DNA of 64,000 nt from an uncultured virus (IMG/VR IMGVR_UViG_3300034071_001673) (IMGVR_UViG_3300034071_001673), one strand, 5' to 3'; shown: positions 51,400 through 59,742, counted from the stretch's first letter. Program-made: numbers and translations. The notes: generated from the sequence alone by a model not told the origin.

Positions 51400-52122
51400 A
51401 TGGCTATACCAAAAATTGATTTACCAACATTTAAACTTAAACTAGAATCTCTAGGCAAAGACATAACCTTTCGCCCTTTTGTTGTCAAAGAAGAAAAAAT
51501 TCTTTTGATGGCTTTAGAGTCCAGAGATTATGAGACAAGTCTTGATGCAATTAAACAAATTGTCAACAATTGTGTTGTTGATCAGATAGATGTTGAGTCT
51601 TTACCATTATATGAGATTGAATATTTGTTCTTGAATCTACGAGCAAGATCAATTGGAGAAATTGTTTCATTAGAATACGTTTGTGAAAATATTGTGGATA
51701 AGAATAAGAAGTGTAAAGGAAAGATGCAGCTTGATATTGACTTACTTAAAGTTGCATATGAACATAAACCCTCAAACAGTTTGGTTCCGTTAACAAGCAA
51801 TGTTGGAATTAAATTGAGATATCCGACAATAGAAATCTCTAAAGTATTAGTTGAGAAACTCAACACAAAAGATGCTCCAACAGAAATTATCAAGCAATGT
51901 ACTGAGTATCTTTACGATGAGAATCAGGTGTATAATATTAATGAGATGCAACAAGGCGAGTTTGATGAATTCATAAACAATTTAACCACTGAGCAATTCA
52001 AGAAAATTAAAAACTTTTTCTTAGAGATGCCAATGTTAAGATATAAGAATGAATTAGTTTGTGGTAAGTGTGATAGAAACCATACCATCAAACTGGAGGG
52101 TCTCCTCGATTTTTTCGTATAA
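51400..52122 (+). CDS. gp26: Baseplate hub assembly protein gp26
   Basis: FRPFVVKEEKILLMA, EYLFLNLRARSIGE and LEGL.DFF motifs. Confidence 0.85.
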   Translation: MAIPKIDLPTFKLKLESLGKDITFRPFVVKEEKILLMALESRDYETSLDAIKQIVNNCVVDQIDVESLPLYEIEYLFLNLRARSIGEIVSLEYVCENIVDKNKKCKGKMQLDIDLLKVAYEHKPSNSLVPLTSNVGIKLRYPTIEISKVLVEKLNTKDAPTEIIKQCTEYLYDENQVYNINEMQQGEFDEFINNLTTEQFKKIKNFFLEMPMLRYKNELVCGKCDRNHTIKLEGLLDFFV

Positions 52123-52154
52123 GCCTTCGTAATGAGAGTTTGAAAACATATTAT

Positions 52155-52316
52155 ATGACTAATTTTGCATTAATGCAGCATCATGGATATAGTTTAAGTG
52201 AACTCGAAAATATGCTCCCGTGGGAAAGAGCGACATATGTTGCATTAGTGGCGCAACATGTGAAAGAAGAAAATGATAAGATAAGAGAACGACAATTACA
52301 GAGAAAGAATAAATGA
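52155..52316 (+). CDS. gp51: Baseplate hub assembly catalyst gp51-like (53 aa, possibly expressed as a -1 frameshift extension of gp26)
   Basis: Manual translation MTNFALMQHHGYSLSELENMLPWERATYVALVAQHVKEENDKIRERQLQRKNK. Confidence 0.8.
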   Translation: MTNFALMQHHGYSLSELENMLPWERATYVALVAQHVKEENDKIRERQLQRKNK

Positions 52317-53665
52317 TTGATCGATCAGAATTTATGTCTCCTTTTGCAAAAAAAGGTGATCAGTTAAAAAACGGATTTGCCAAACGATTTGGTGGCGGAA
52401 CGTTTGCATCAGCTGATCTAGTTGACATGTTTAAGCCTGATGCATCTCAAATGATGAAAGATGCGGTTGGTACAGACACAAAGATGATCAACGATATGAT
52501 TTCATCTGCAATCGACGAAAGGTTGGGTGAGATGCCAGAGAAGGCTGAAGAACCAACATATTCAAAACAAGACATTCAATTTGACCCGAGTCAAATGCCT
52601 CAATCGTTCTCTAATTTAGAGGACATTCAAGAGGCAATGAGAAAAACCTTTAATTCTGGTGCACAAGATCCAACAATGCAAAATGCTGCAGCTGCATTGT
52701 CAACAACAGACACTGGAACATTAGCTGGATTGGAAGGTTTAGATTTCAATTTCAATGATGGTACGTGGGACTTTCTGCAAAACATTCAGCCAAATAGTGC
52801 GCAGGAAGAACCAGTTCTAGAACAAACACAAGTTGAACCATTTGTTCAACCAATTATAGATTCATTAGTAGAACAAGATTTTGTTCAAACACCGACTGAT
52901 GACACAGAGCAACCTACACCATCATACATTAATGACAAATTCAATGAAACGTTAGATAACATATATGATGAGATTGAAGAAATAAAAGTCATTGGTAAGA
53001 CGCAAGATGATACTCTAGATGACATCTATGATGAGATTGAGGATATTACTGTAATTGGAAAAACCCAAGACGAAAATATCGATGATCTTTCTGAAGAAAT
53101 TGAAAGCATTGATGTTGAGGGATTGACTGACGAAGAAGATATAGAAGATATCTTAGTAAGTGGGAAACGAGAAGAAGAATCATATTGTAAAAAAGTGTAT
53201 AAAGATGTTAGTGATATGAAAGAAAAAAATGAAGAAGAGGAAAGTAATAACCCATGGGAAAGATTTAAACGATTGTATGCTGACTTTTATGGCGGAGATA
53301 ATGCAGGAGAAATTTTAAAACAAGTCAAGATGCGAGAAAATGAATATGATGCATCGCTCGAAGAATCATCTGCAGCAGATTTAGATGAATCTTCGATGAA
53401 CCCAATTACATCTGACACACAACAAATTTTAAATGCTAAGAAAGAGAAAGACGATTTAGATGCTTTCTCAGAAATGCTTGATGATTATAAGAGTTCAACA
53501 GAAGAAAAGAAATCGTCAGCACCAATTGTAATCAATAACAATAGAACAATCACTGCAAAGGCAGCAGACGCAAAAACTGAAAGAGTATTCAGTAACGAAA
53601 ATACTTTCAATCGTCTTGCTGGTGCAGACTCTAATCACCCACAATACATTGGTTATGGAAGATAA
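52313..53665 (+). CDS. Acidic protein at the tape-measure/gp29 position
   Basis: 450 aa directly after gp26/gp51 with ATGA coupling. C-terminal APIVINNN segment. Function inferred from position. Confidence 0.5.
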   Translation: MIDRSEFMSPFAKKGDQLKNGFAKRFGGGTFASADLVDMFKPDASQMMKDAVGTDTKMINDMISSAIDERLGEMPEKAEEPTYSKQDIQFDPSQMPQSFSNLEDIQEAMRKTFNSGAQDPTMQNAAAALSTTDTGTLAGLEGLDFNFNDGTWDFLQNIQPNSAQEEPVLEQTQVEPFVQPIIDSLVEQDFVQTPTDDTEQPTPSYINDKFNETLDNIYDEIEEIKVIGKTQDDTLDDIYDEIEDITVIGKTQDENIDDLSEEIESIDVEGLTDEEDIEDILVSGKREEESYCKKVYKDVSDMKEKNEEEESNNPWERFKRLYADFYGGDNAGEILKQVKMRENEYDASLEESSAADLDESSMNPITSDTQQILNAKKEKDDLDAFSEMLDDYKSSTEEKKSSAPIVINNNRTITAKAADAKTERVFSNENTFNRLAGADSNHPQYIGYGR

Positions 53666-53686
53666 AAAAAGGGGACCGAAGTCCCC
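53664..53686 (-). terminator. Rho-independent terminator of gp32 (cUUCGg tetraloop)
   Basis: Minus strand GGGGAC-TTCG-GTCCCC-TTTTTTT between convergent genes. Confidence 0.85.
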
Positions 53687-53716
53687 CTGAAAACATCTAC
53701 GGTTTTCTAATCGAAA

Positions 53717-54616
53717 TTACTCAGCAGCAAGTTTCTCGAAGAATGCCATATCGTCATCATCGACGCTGACTTCTTCAGCAGTTACTTTCTTGGCTGGAGC
53801 AGAGCGAATGACAGGAGCGGCTGCTTCCTCATCATCAACTCGCTTGGCGGTTGCGCCAGACACGCCACCAGCACCAAGAACCTTGTCCAACTTCGCTTTA
53901 AGTTCATCATAGGTCTTGAAGTTTTCAGGCTTCAGGAAATCCTTGAGTGAATATGCAGACTTCCAAACCTGCTCAATCTTCGCATCATCACCATTCAACA
54001 ATGCAGCAGGAGCCTCAAACTCCGACTTGTCATAGTTGCGATAGCCTTCGACGTTACGAATCTTGACCTTGAAGTTCGCACCCTTCCAGAAGTCAAACGG
54101 ATTCATTGGAGTCTCATCAGCAAACTGCGGCTCAAGTTGCTCCTTGATCTTGTCGAAAATTTTCTTTCCGAACTTGAACAAGAAAACCTTGCCTTCATTT
54201 TGCGGACGCTTGGCGTCAGAGATCACAAGAACGTTTGCAATGTACGTCAACTTGCGCTTTTGTTTGCGAGCAATTTCTTTGTTTGCTTCGATACCTGAGT
54301 TCCACAGAACAGTGTTGTACTCAGAAACAGGATCGGTCTTGCCAAGTGTAGTGAGAGAATTCTCAATGTACCAACCACCTGGACCTTGGAAACCGTGTGA
54401 CCAGATTTGTACCCACGGTAGACCATCTTCACCGTCAACGGCTGGCGTATCGAGGAAACGGATAACTGCGTATCCGTTGCCAGCAGCGTCAACTTCTGGT
54501 TGCCAAAAACGCTCATCAACGTTCTTGCCACCACCGTTACCAGCAGAGGATTGCTCAACTGCCTTCTTCAACTTATCAAGAGAAGAACTCTTGTTCTTTA
54601 GATTTGCTAGACTCAT
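53717..54616 (-). CDS. gp32: Single-stranded DNA-binding protein gp32
   Basis: DERFW, GNGYAVIRFL, WYIENSLTT, FDFWKGANF and acidic C-terminal tail. Confidence 0.95.
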   Translation of the reverse strand: MSLANLKNKSSSLDKLKKAVEQSSAGNGGGKNVDERFWQPEVDAAGNGYAVIRFLDTPAVDGEDGLPWVQIWSHGFQGPGGWYIENSLTTLGKTDPVSEYNTVLWNSGIEANKEIARKQKRKLTYIANVLVISDAKRPQNEGKVFLFKFGKKIFDKIKEQLEPQFADETPMNPFDFWKGANFKVKIRNVEGYRNYDKSEFEAPAALLNGDDAKIEQVWKSAYSLKDFLKPENFKTYDELKAKLDKVLGAGGVSGATAKRVDDEEAAAPVIRSAPAKKVTAEEVSVDDDDMAFFEKLAAE

Positions 54617-54685
54617 TTGTATTCTCCGTATAGCGTAGTATTAATGTATATCGACTTGTCCACTTTTTTCATCATCACAACATCA

Positions 54686-55294
54686 TTATATAGTATTTTC
54701 GTCAGCAAGTAAAGTTTCCTTTGTCAATTGCTTATACTTGTCAACGTTCACCGCAAGAAAAGCACCATACTTGCGCACCTTTCTTGACACTTTGGGATAG
54801 ATGATATCATCTGAAATCTTCTTGTCCCAAATTTGTATAAAGTTGAAGATGTTATTAAGAATCACAAGAGTCTCAATCGTTACATCTTTTTGGAGGAATG
54901 CGACTAACAATTTTGGAAATTGTCCATCTTCAACTTTAAATAAATTGTTAAACTCTTTTGGATCTGGACAAATCTTCTGCAGATCTTCCAAATATACTTT
55001 GCTCATGGAATCGGTGGTTCGTTTCCAATACCGATAAGTTTCTTCAGCCTGGTCTTCAAGCAATGACTTGGTCCAGTTATCATCACTGTGTACAAAATTA
55101 GCAACCAGAAATGGAACCATCTCATCGTCGCGATACTTGCGCGCAAGGCGGTGGAATAGAAACTTGTCACGGCGTTTTTGAAATGCATCTACTGATACTC
55201 GAGTTTTGCCATCATATTGAAAGAAGTTATAACTCTCTGAAGTGAAATGCAACTTGATGGCTTGATAGATGCAATACAAATCGTATCCATTCAT
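54686..55294 (-). CDS. gp59: Helicase loader gp59
   Basis: Y.AIKLHF...Y.FF.Y.GK and KRRDK..F..L motifs, adjacent to gp32. Confidence 0.85.
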   Translation of the reverse strand: MNGYDLYCIYQAIKLHFTSESYNFFQYDGKTRVSVDAFQKRRDKFLFHRLARKYRDDEMVPFLVANFVHSDDNWTKSLLEDQAEETYRYWKRTTDSMSKVYLEDLQKICPDPKEFNNLFKVEDGQFPKLLVAFLQKDVTIETLVILNNIFNFIQIWDKKISDDIIYPKVSRKVRKYGAFLAVNVDKYKQLTKETLLADENTI

Positions 55295-55512
55295 AGAGGC
55301 AATCGACTTCCTCGCGGCAAGAATCTCAACTCCATTGCTTCACCTTCAATGATACTCTTTAGAGAATCATTGATCAAACTTGCAGCAACTTCAATCTCAA
55401 GATTGTTACGCTCGCAGTATGAAGTGATTGCATCCATGTGATCAATCTTTTCTTGAATCGCCAAATTCATGATCATCATAGAAAAGTTATTTTTTTCTTC
55501 GCGACTTGCCAT
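55291..55512 (-). CDS. gp33: Late transcription coactivator gp33
   Basis: MDAI..YCE.N.LEIE..A.LI..SLK..I..EA..L.FLP, plus synteny. Confidence 0.8.
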   Translation of the reverse strand: MASREEKNNFSMMIMNLAIQEKIDHMDAITSYCERNNLEIEVAASLINDSLKSIIEGEAMELRFLPRGSRLPL

Positions 55513-55513
55513 A

Positions 55514-56536
55514 TTAGATCTCATATTCACTCAAGGAATTGTTCAACTGCTGAGTCACACGAACAAACGTTGTGCGCTTACTCAACTCTTTCAATTCACT
55601 TGCTCCCACATAAGTACATGCCGAACGTAATCCACCCAAAATATCTTGCATAGTTCGTTTTACCTCACCGCGATATGGAATCTCTACAGTCTTGCCTTCA
55701 GATGCTCTGTAATTGGCAACACCACCATTATGCAGATCCATTGCAGTATCAGAACTCATTCCGTAGAATTTATTTCCGCCCAGTGCACTCGCTCCGCCTT
55801 CCTTATGACCTGCCAACATTCCACCAAGCATCACGAAATCGGCTCCCGCAGCAAATGCTTTCACAACGTCCCCAGGAACGGAACACCCTCCATCCGCTAT
55901 GATATGACCCTTGAGACCATGAGCAGCATCCGCACACTCAATCACTGCACTCAACTGCGGGTAGCCGACGCCTGTCTTTTTGCGTGTAGTGCAAACAGAG
56001 CCAGGACCAATACCAACTTTCACGATGTCAACACCGCCGATAATTAGTTCTTCTGTCATTTCTGGTGTGACAACATTACCTGCCATCAATACAACATAAG
56101 GATAACGATCGCGAAAATGACGAACGAAATTTACAAAGGCTTGTGTATAACCATTCGCAACATCAATACAAACTCTCATGTTTCGATTTCCGACGATATT
56201 ATACACTTCATCGAATTTCTTTAAATCTTCGCCAGAAGTGCCAAGAGAATAGATGCTACTGTCTAATCTTCGCGCAAAGTGACTGTTTAATTCAGACTCA
56301 CCATAATGTTTGGTCAAAGCAACCATACAATTATGTTTGGCAAACTCTAAATCCATCTCTAGAGTGCCAATACCATCCATGTTTGCAGCAATAATTGGAA
56401 CGCCTTTCCAACTGTTGCCACTTCTGAAAGTGAATATTCTTTCTAGATTTACTTCGCTTCTTGAAGAAAGGTTAGAACGTTTCGGAGTGATGAGGACATC
56501 TTTATAGTCCAACTTAACGTCTTCAATAATTCTCAT
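55514..56536 (-). CDS. guaC: GMP reductase
   Basis: [44 protein letters not shown] and YRASEGK motifs. Confidence 0.92.
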   Translation of the reverse strand: MRIIEDVKLDYKDVLITPKRSNLSSRSEVNLERIFTFRSGNSWKGVPIIAANMDGIGTLEMDLEFAKHNCMVALTKHYGESELNSHFARRLDSSIYSLGTSGEDLKKFDEVYNIVGNRNMRVCIDVANGYTQAFVNFVRHFRDRYPYVVLMAGNVVTPEMTEELIIGGVDIVKVGIGPGSVCTTRKKTGVGYPQLSAVIECADAAHGLKGHIIADGGCSVPGDVVKAFAAGADFVMLGGMLAGHKEGGASALGGNKFYGMSSDTAMDLHNGGVANYRASEGKTVEIPYRGEVKRTMQDILGGLRSACTYVGASELKELSKRTTFVRVTQQLNNSLSEYEI

Positions 56537-56542
56537 AAAGCC

Positions 56543-57181
56543 TCAATGATAAAATATATGATTGCCAATCTTGCGAATCAGTTTCTTTTTCTCTGCCCAA
56601 GATGGATCAACATAGTCTGCGTGAAAATACTTTGCAGATCCAATTATACCGTACTTCCTGTCTAAAATCAATATAGTCTCAGCAATTTGCAAAGACTCTT
56701 TCCATGCTGCACGATTGCGAATTACTTTCTTTCCCTCACACACCCAAGAGAATTGGCAAGTGCCTTTGGTCTTTTGATAAACTACTGCACAAACAGAACG
56801 AGGGAATTGCTTGCTCTTTACACGATTCATTGTGACTTCAGCCACGGCAATTTTACCTGCGCGTGGTTCACCCTTTGCCTCGAAGTAAATGTTTTTTGCA
56901 AGGCAATCAACTTCTCGCATGACGTTTTGCTTTTCGTCATAACTGAGTTTCAAAAATTTCATTTCATGAGACATATCATTGACCTGAGTGGCAAGATATG
57001 AATTTTGAGTTTGGTATGCTGACAATTGAGCATTAAGATTTGCTTCTTGTATTGCCAACATTCTGTATGGGATAAAGATTCCGAAAAATATTAGGGAGAA
57101 TAATCCACCCCACATACAGAACAAATTGTGATTGCGATCAAAATATTTTTCAACATTATGTAATATATCTACTGCATTCAT
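56543..57181 (-). CDS. SleB-like cell wall hydrolase (Hydrolase_2) with N-terminal TM segment and coiled coil
   Basis: CLAKNIYFEA.GE, V.MNRV, CQFSW and IGNHIFY motifs. GGAGG RBS. Confidence 0.85.
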   Translation of the reverse strand: MNAVDILHNVEKYFDRNHNLFCMWGGLFSLIFFGIFIPYRMLAIQEANLNAQLSAYQTQNSYLATQVNDMSHEMKFLKLSYDEKQNVMREVDCLAKNIYFEAKGEPRAGKIAVAEVTMNRVKSKQFPRSVCAVVYQKTKGTCQFSWVCEGKKVIRNRAAWKESLQIAETILILDRKYGIIGSAKYFHADYVDPSWAEKKKLIRKIGNHIFYH

Positions 57182-57207
57182 GTTAGTTGCCTCCATTATT
57201 GCAGTGG

Positions 57208-57239
57208 AAAGAAAAGGTTGGTGGTTCGCACCACCAACC
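57208..57239 (-). terminator. Rho-independent terminator after the tmRNA coding piece
   Basis: GGTTGGTGGT-GCGA-ACCACCAACC-TTTTCTTT. Confidence 0.8.
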
Positions 57240-57521
57240 CAGACCTTTCTGTTACCAAGCGGTCAACTCTGGTAATCTCATACTGCAATTAAGCAGCGAG
57301 AGCCATTTCGAAGTAATCGTCGTTTGCGTTTACTTTGTTTGCGCTGATTAAGTCAGTCGCCTCACTGGTTGCTGTCAGGTTATTACTTGCCCTGTCGAAG
57401 CCAAATTCATCCCCATAAGATAGCCACCACGTACATTAATGCAGAGGTGATGGGCATTTGGTGGAGATGTCGGGGGTCGAACCCGAGTCCAGAACACCTT
57501 TAATTGTCAGTTTACAACCAT
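57208..57521 (-). ncRNA. ssrA: Circularly permuted (two-piece) tmRNA, tag peptide ANDDYFEMALAA
   Basis: The acceptor piece (T-arm TCGGG-TTCGACC-CCCGA, then CATCTCC-A-CCA ending 57459) precedes the coding piece starting GGGGATG at 57414. G3:U70 pair present. Tag ORF 57327..57289. Confidence 0.92.
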
Positions 57522-57679
57522 TAATCAACTAGAAACTGTGGCTTTGTCTGTTCATTCAATGATTTCTGTTGCTCTTCAAGATACTTCTTGTATTGCTCAG
57601 ATGTCATTGCATGCAAACCAATGCAATAGCCAGTCGGACTGCGTCCGCATGCGCATGGATATTGTTTCACTTCAGACAT
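57521..57679 (-). CDS. 52-aa protein with CDGSH-like iron-sulfur motif
   Basis: Manual translation MSEVKQYPCACGRSPTGYCIGLHAMT...FLVD. GGAG RBS. Confidence 0.6.
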   Translation of the reverse strand: MSEVKQYPCACGRSPTGYCIGLHAMTSEQYKKYLEEQQKSLNEQTKPQFLVD

Positions 57680-57714
57680 ATTATACTCCCAATAATAGAA
57701 AAAGGTAGTATTAT

Positions 57715-58227
57715 TTAGCCAGCAAGAACTTTTGCGACTGAATTGACAACAGCAGCAATTCGACCAATGTCGCGGAGTTGCTCAACTGTCATACCCTCTT
57801 TCTTGAGAGTATCATAGTGAGCCTTGACACAGAATTGGCATTTGCCTACGATTGAGGCAGCGAGAGAGTATGCTTCAAAATTGACCTTTGAAGTGCCACC
57901 ATGATTGATGATTCCGTTCATACGAAGTAATGCAGGAAGTCCCTTCAATGCAGGATCTTCTACCATTTCAATGTATGGATACCAAACATTATTCTGTGCC
58001 ATAATAGAGGCAGCAGTCAACGCAGCGTCGGCTTCCTTACGATCCTCAAACTCTGCGTCGATTGCTGTTGCTAATCGAGAATTTCCTGCAGCGAATGCCG
58101 CTGCAAGTGCGCATCCTTGCGCAACCAAAGGGTCAAGTGAACTGCGAAGCAGAACTGCATCAAGATTCAATCTTGTATCTTTTGCATATTCTGGTAAACC
58201 TTCTTTAACTACATTGACCCAATTCAT
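57715..58227 (-). CDS. ahpD: Alkyl hydroperoxide reductase AhpD
   Basis: LPEYAKD.RLNL, MAQNNVWY, LRMN and S...KCQFCV.AH (CxxC) motifs. Confidence 0.9.
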   Translation of the reverse strand: MNWVNVVKEGLPEYAKDTRLNLDAVLLRSSLDPLVAQGCALAAAFAAGNSRLATAIDAEFEDRKEADAALTAASIMAQNNVWYPYIEMVEDPALKGLPALLRMNGIINHGGTSKVNFEAYSLAASIVGKCQFCVKAHYDTLKKEGMTVEQLRDIGRIAAVVNSVAKVLAG

Positions 58228-58228
58228 A

Positions 58229-58477
58229 TTAAGCGTCCTTTGGTACTTCTGCGCAGCGTGAGAACAAATAGGCTTTTGCTTGACGCATTTCTGAGTTGCT
58301 CAAAAAGCCATCTTGATTTTTGTCTGCTCTTTCAAACAAACCACTCGTTACTGTGCAGTAACGATTTACATCTTCAAATGAAACTTTGCCGTCCTTGTCA
58401 AAGTCATACTGAGCCACACGATCTTGAGCCATCGCTGGCGCAGATAACATCATCAATCCAATGATTAGTTTTTTCAT
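58229..58477 (-). CDS. Secreted EF-hand protein
   Basis: Signal peptide ending AMA, two EF loops DFDKDGKVSFED and DKNQDGFLSNSE. Confidence 0.75.
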   Translation of the reverse strand: MKKLIIGLMMLSAPAMAQDRVAQYDFDKDGKVSFEDVNRYCTVTSGLFERADKNQDGFLSNSEMRQAKAYLFSRCAEVPKDA

Positions 58478-58492
58478 TTAAGTTTCTTTCCT

Positions 58493-59068
58493 TTATTTTG
58501 AGAGAGTTGCTTCACCAACCTGACGATTGCACTGGCAAAGTTCACCCGTCTGCAATGCATCGAGGATACGAAGTGTTTCCTCAGGATTGCGTCCGACGTT
58601 TAGATTATTCACAGTGACATGCTGAATGATTCCATCTGGATCAACGATAAACGTTGCGCGAAGAGCAGCACCTGCTGGCTTGTAGAACACACCGAGTTGC
58701 TGAACGAGGCTGTTTGTATCTTCATCCCATACATCTTCAAGATCGCGTGCTGTGTCAGCAAAGAACCAGCAAGTGGTTTTCTTGAGATCTTCGTGAGCAT
58801 TTTTCCATGCCAACTTACAGAATTCGTTGTCTGTTGAACCGATCAAAAGAACCGCATCGCGGTCAGCGAAATCTTTGTTCAACTTATCATAGGCAACAAT
58901 TTCTGTTGGGCAAACAAAGGTGAAGTCCTTTGGATAAAACACAACGACCTTCCATTTGCCTTCAAAAGAAAGATCTGTAATAGTTTCAAAAGCATTATCT
59001 GGAGTGAGAGCACCAGGCTTGACACCAGTAACTGCGAAATTCTTTACCTTATCTCCAACTGTCTTCAT
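58493..59068 (-). CDS. ahpC: 2-Cys peroxiredoxin AhpC
   Basis: FYPKDFTFVCPTEI, RATFIVDP, GRN..E.LR.LDALQT.ELC motifs. Confidence 0.93.
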   Translation of the reverse strand: MKTVGDKVKNFAVTGVKPGALTPDNAFETITDLSFEGKWKVVVFYPKDFTFVCPTEIVAYDKLNKDFADRDAVLLIGSTDNEFCKLAWKNAHEDLKKTTCWFFADTARDLEDVWDEDTNSLVQQLGVFYKPAGAALRATFIVDPDGIIQHVTVNNLNVGRNPEETLRILDALQTGELCQCNRQVGEATLSK

Positions 59069-59156
59069 GTTCAAACTCCTGTATAATGAAAACCTATACG
59101 AAACCTATACGAGTAATTATATATGACAAAAGATGCCTCTGTCGCATCTTTTTGCG

Positions 59157-59193
59157 ATAATTTAATTCAATAGAAATGATTGATAGAGGCTAT
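59157..59193 (-). promoter_or_regulatory. Putative OxyR-binding site
   Basis: Minus strand ATAG-N7-CAAT-N7-ATTG-N7-TTAT against consensus ATAG-N7-CTAT-N7-ATAG-N7-CTAT. TATAAT lies downstream at 59121..59116. Confidence 0.65.
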
Positions 59194-59357
59194 TAGGCGA
59201 CGAGATTATACTCTTCGCGGAGAATCTTCTTGTATGGTTTGCCTTCTTTGATCAATTGCTCGACAAGAGCGAGACGATCACGCAATTCCCAACGACCATC
59301 TCGCTGTAGTGCTTCGATGATCACACTCAATTCATAATCATTAATTGGCAGGTCCAT
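59193..59357 (-). CDS. Hypothetical protein (54 aa)
   Basis: MDLPIND... start chosen from the overlap with the upstream gene. Confidence 0.5.
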   Translation of the reverse strand: MDLPINDYELSVIIEALQRDGRWELRDRLALVEQLIKEGKPYKKILREEYNLVA

Positions 59358-59742
59358 AATATCCATCCTCATATGCTTCACGTTCAAGTTCACGTTGTTG
59401 ACGATTCAATCGACTCACGCAACCAGAAATCCACTGGTTGCGCAAATTTCTATCATAATCATATCGATGAGGAACTCGGTGTTGACACCATCTTCGAAAG
59501 TCATGATGATCTAATCTCGAGAATTCGTCTCGATAATTTGAATTCAAGACTTGATCACCCATATTGTAGCCAAGAATCGCGCCAATTACAGTCGCAGCCT
59601 TACGACCATCACCGTCGCCGATAGTGCTGCCAAGTGCGCCGCCAGCAATTGCACCCAACACTTGTTCCGTACTTTGAGCGTTTGCTACGATGCTTGAGCA
59701 ACCAAGCAGGAGGGTGGCAGTGATAGCAGGAAAACATTTCAT
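59341..59742 (-). CDS. Glycine-zipper 2TM outer-membrane/lipoprotein-like protein
   Basis: LLLGC lipobox-like segment and GAIAGGALGSTIG.G.GR.AATVIGAILG. Confidence 0.7.
   Translation of the reverse strand: MKCFPAITATLLLGCSSIVANAQSTEQVLGAIAGGALGSTIGDGDGRKAATVIGAILGYNMGDQVLNSNYRDEFSRLDHHDFRRWCQHRVPHRYDYDRNLRNQWISGCVSRLNRQQRELEREAYEDGYYGPAN

Noticed and set aside
54063..54638. 191-aa plus-strand ORF
   Set aside because: Antisense to the highly conserved gp32 with no recognisable motifs.
54617..54685. gp32 autoregulatory pseudoknot in the leader
   Set aside because: No convincing pairing could be established by eye.
57459..57495. Stand-alone tRNA-Ala
   Set aside because: Only a T-arm and 3' acceptor strand with no anticodon arm. 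The partner 5' strand lies downstream, which fits a permuted tmRNA.
59088..59112. Short direct repeat AAACCTATACG x2 in the ahpC leader
   Set aside because: Only two copies and no assignable function.
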